Shown in pieces: positions 63,549-64,000 of a DNA stretch of 64,000 nt (position 1 is its first letter; the number at the start of each line of letters is the position of its first letter). Source of the DNA: a bacterium (GTDB lineage Bacteria > Patescibacteriota > Saccharimonadia > Saccharimonadales > Saccharimonadaceae); contig CAVDXX010000002.1 of the NCBI GenBank assembly GCA_963613175.1, positions 19,005-83,004 of the forward strand, in the 5' to 3' direction. The notes under the pieces were generated by a model. The model worked only from the letters and a program-made list of their open reading frames with translations. It was not told the DNA's origin and ran no database searches. The translations under genes and the position numbers were made by a program.

Positions 63549-64000
63549 CAGAGGTAATTTTCTTCGGAAATGGACTATTAGCGGAAAAAGCATTAGCAGT
63601 CTTAGAGCGAGAGTGCCAAGTGATTTTTCATGCGCGAACGCGAGAGGATTTGGCGCGAGCGGTAGAATTGAAACGAGAAAACCCGGCGGCGATAGGGGTG
63701 CTAGCGTCTTTTGGAGTATTAATTCCTAGTTCGGTTTTGGAAGTTTTTGAACCGGAGGGGATTTTGAATATTCACCCTTCCCTGTTGCCGGAATATCGGG
63801 GGGCGTCGCCGATTGAGAGTGCGATTTTAGACGGAGCGACGGAGTTTTCGGTGTCGGTGATGAAACTCGCAAAGGCGATGGACGCGGGGCCGATTTATTT
63901 TCAGAATACTTTAACTGGGGCGGAAATTGCACAGGCGACGGGTTCGAAGCTAATTTCGGGGATAGTGCCAGAGAAAAATGCGATTTATACAGCACTTGCA
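63545..64000 (+). CDS. fmt: Methionyl-tRNA formyltransferase, N-terminal part (3' end outside window)
   Basis: My own translation from ATG 63545 (overlaps the def stop): MTEVIFFGNG...ILNIHPSLLPEYRGASPIESAILDG. Not in the supplied ORF track because no stop falls in the window. Confidence 0.85.
   Translation, partial: MTEVIFFGNGLLAEKALAVLERECQVIFHARTREDLARAVELKRENPAAIGVLASFGVLIPSSVLEVFEPEGILNIHPSLLPEYRGASPIESAILDGATEFSVSVMKLAKAMDAGPIYFQNTLTGAEIAQATGSKLISGIVPEKNAIYTALA

Overview
Gene-dense 64-kb chromosomal segment. By gene content it looks like a small-genome monoderm bacterium, most consistent with Patescibacteria/CPR and Saccharibacteria-like; this taxonomy is inference only. The supporting content is FemAB, sortase and PBP cell-wall genes, a compact MetK, a T4SS coupling-protein-like ATPase and many leaderless-type promoters.

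Housekeeping content, in order:
- uvrB 3' end, a phosphoketolase split into two ORFs, yacL-like PIN/TRAM, PBP1A, murJ.
- gatC-gatA-(TM/HEPN-like ORF)-gatB.
- fusA-tuf-rpsJ, without rpsL/rpsG upstream or rplC downstream.
- A peptidoglycan side-chain cluster: Mur ligase, hydrolase, DegT, 2x FemAB.
- A SAM-I riboswitch plus metK.
- gltX, tRNA-Glu, der, PIN-PhoH2, pth, dprA, topA.
- A sigma-r4/HARE-HTH protein and a TraD/VirD4-like ATPase.
- A dcw block on the minus strand: rsmH, ftsL-like, ftsI, mraY, ftsW, murG, ftsQ-like.
- A DUF4868/KwaB-like ORF, a CYTH cyclase, recJ, priA, def, fmt.

Three things stand out.
1. A family of GC-rich nested-palindrome elements sits IN FRAME inside gatA, gatB, der and priA. 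Related intergenic copies lie at about 48.7, 55.6 and 57.2 kb. Copies share exact 12-22-mers and a 41-nt core, and one stem change is compensated. This resembles the Rickettsia RPE situation.
2. An AT-rich island (about 22.8-28.5 kb) abuts the 3' end of tRNA-Leu(CAA). It encodes a SipW-type (S26B) signal peptidase fused to a polytopic membrane domain, a 2-TM protein, and two exported proteins that share one unusual N-terminal signal. One of these is a 791-aa FN3/Ig-like adhesin with an internal Hint (intein-like) domain. I read this as a candidate TasA/camelysin-like surface-fibre or adhesin system. A sortase and other envelope proteins lie next to it.
3. The topA gene has its conserved segments in a non-canonical (permuted) order.

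No rRNA, CRISPR array or transposase was seen. All family assignments come from motif recognition by eye; no searches were run.
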